Assembly: GCA_038245785.1 (NCBI GenBank)
Contig: JBBRSB010000015.1
Coordinates: 34,941-98,940 of the forward strand
Reading direction: 5' to 3'
Length of the DNA stretch: 64,000 nt
From: Gloeobacterales cyanobacterium
GTDB lineage: Bacteria > Cyanobacteriota > Cyanobacteriia > Gloeobacterales > PMM-0068
This document shows positions 63,864 to 64,000 of the stretch, one piece after another. Made by a program: the position numbers and the translations under genes. Under the pieces are notes generated by a model that was not told where the DNA came from, did no database searches, and was given only the letters and a program-made list of their open reading frames with translations. Position 1 is the stretch's first letter. Each line of letters starts with the position of its first letter.

Positions 63864-64000
63864 CTATCCATTACGCAAAAGTCTCTAGGATAGCCTCAGG
63901 GGCTAGGGTTTAGCGGTGAGTTGTGCCCCTTCCAGTAGGTGAAAGAGCACGCCGATGCCGCGCCAAAGGGTTTTCAGTCCGGGTTCCCCATCCCCTTTAC
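63864..64000 (-). mobile_element. 3' end of an IS4-family (IS50/Tn5-like) element; transposase C-terminus at 63903-64000
   Basis: Minus-strand translation KGDGEPGLKTLWRGIGVLFHLLEGAQLTAKP*; candidate terminal repeat GACTTTTGCGTAATGGATAG at 63883-63864. Confidence 0.8.

Overview
This is a 64-kb chromosomal window from a cyanobacterium, marked by chlM, desA, ftrC, a Ycf39-like SDR, CIRCE-groESL, and thiC with a TPP riboswitch. HIP1 octamers are scarce, which suggests an early-branching lineage such as Gloeobacterales (inference). Housekeeping genes alternate with accessory islands: a decaying type I restriction-modification locus interleaved with toxin-antitoxin remnants (15.7-26.4 kb), an AT-rich phage-like remnant (30.7-31.9 kb), several small mobile palindromic repeats, and the end of an IS4/IS50-type element at the right edge. 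The most interesting locus is 38.4-41.3 kb. A divergent ribbon-helix-helix repressor (TrcR-like) and two near-identical 18-bp operators overlapping sigma70 -10 boxes frame an unannotated, highly structured ~280-nt non-coding transcript with its own terminator. It is followed by rtcB and a second, ATP-dependent Rnl2-type RNA ligase, making it a candidate ncRNA-coupled, two-ligase RNA repair system. A second candidate ncRNA (rod-like, 6S-like) follows groEL. All calls were made by eye and no database searches were run.
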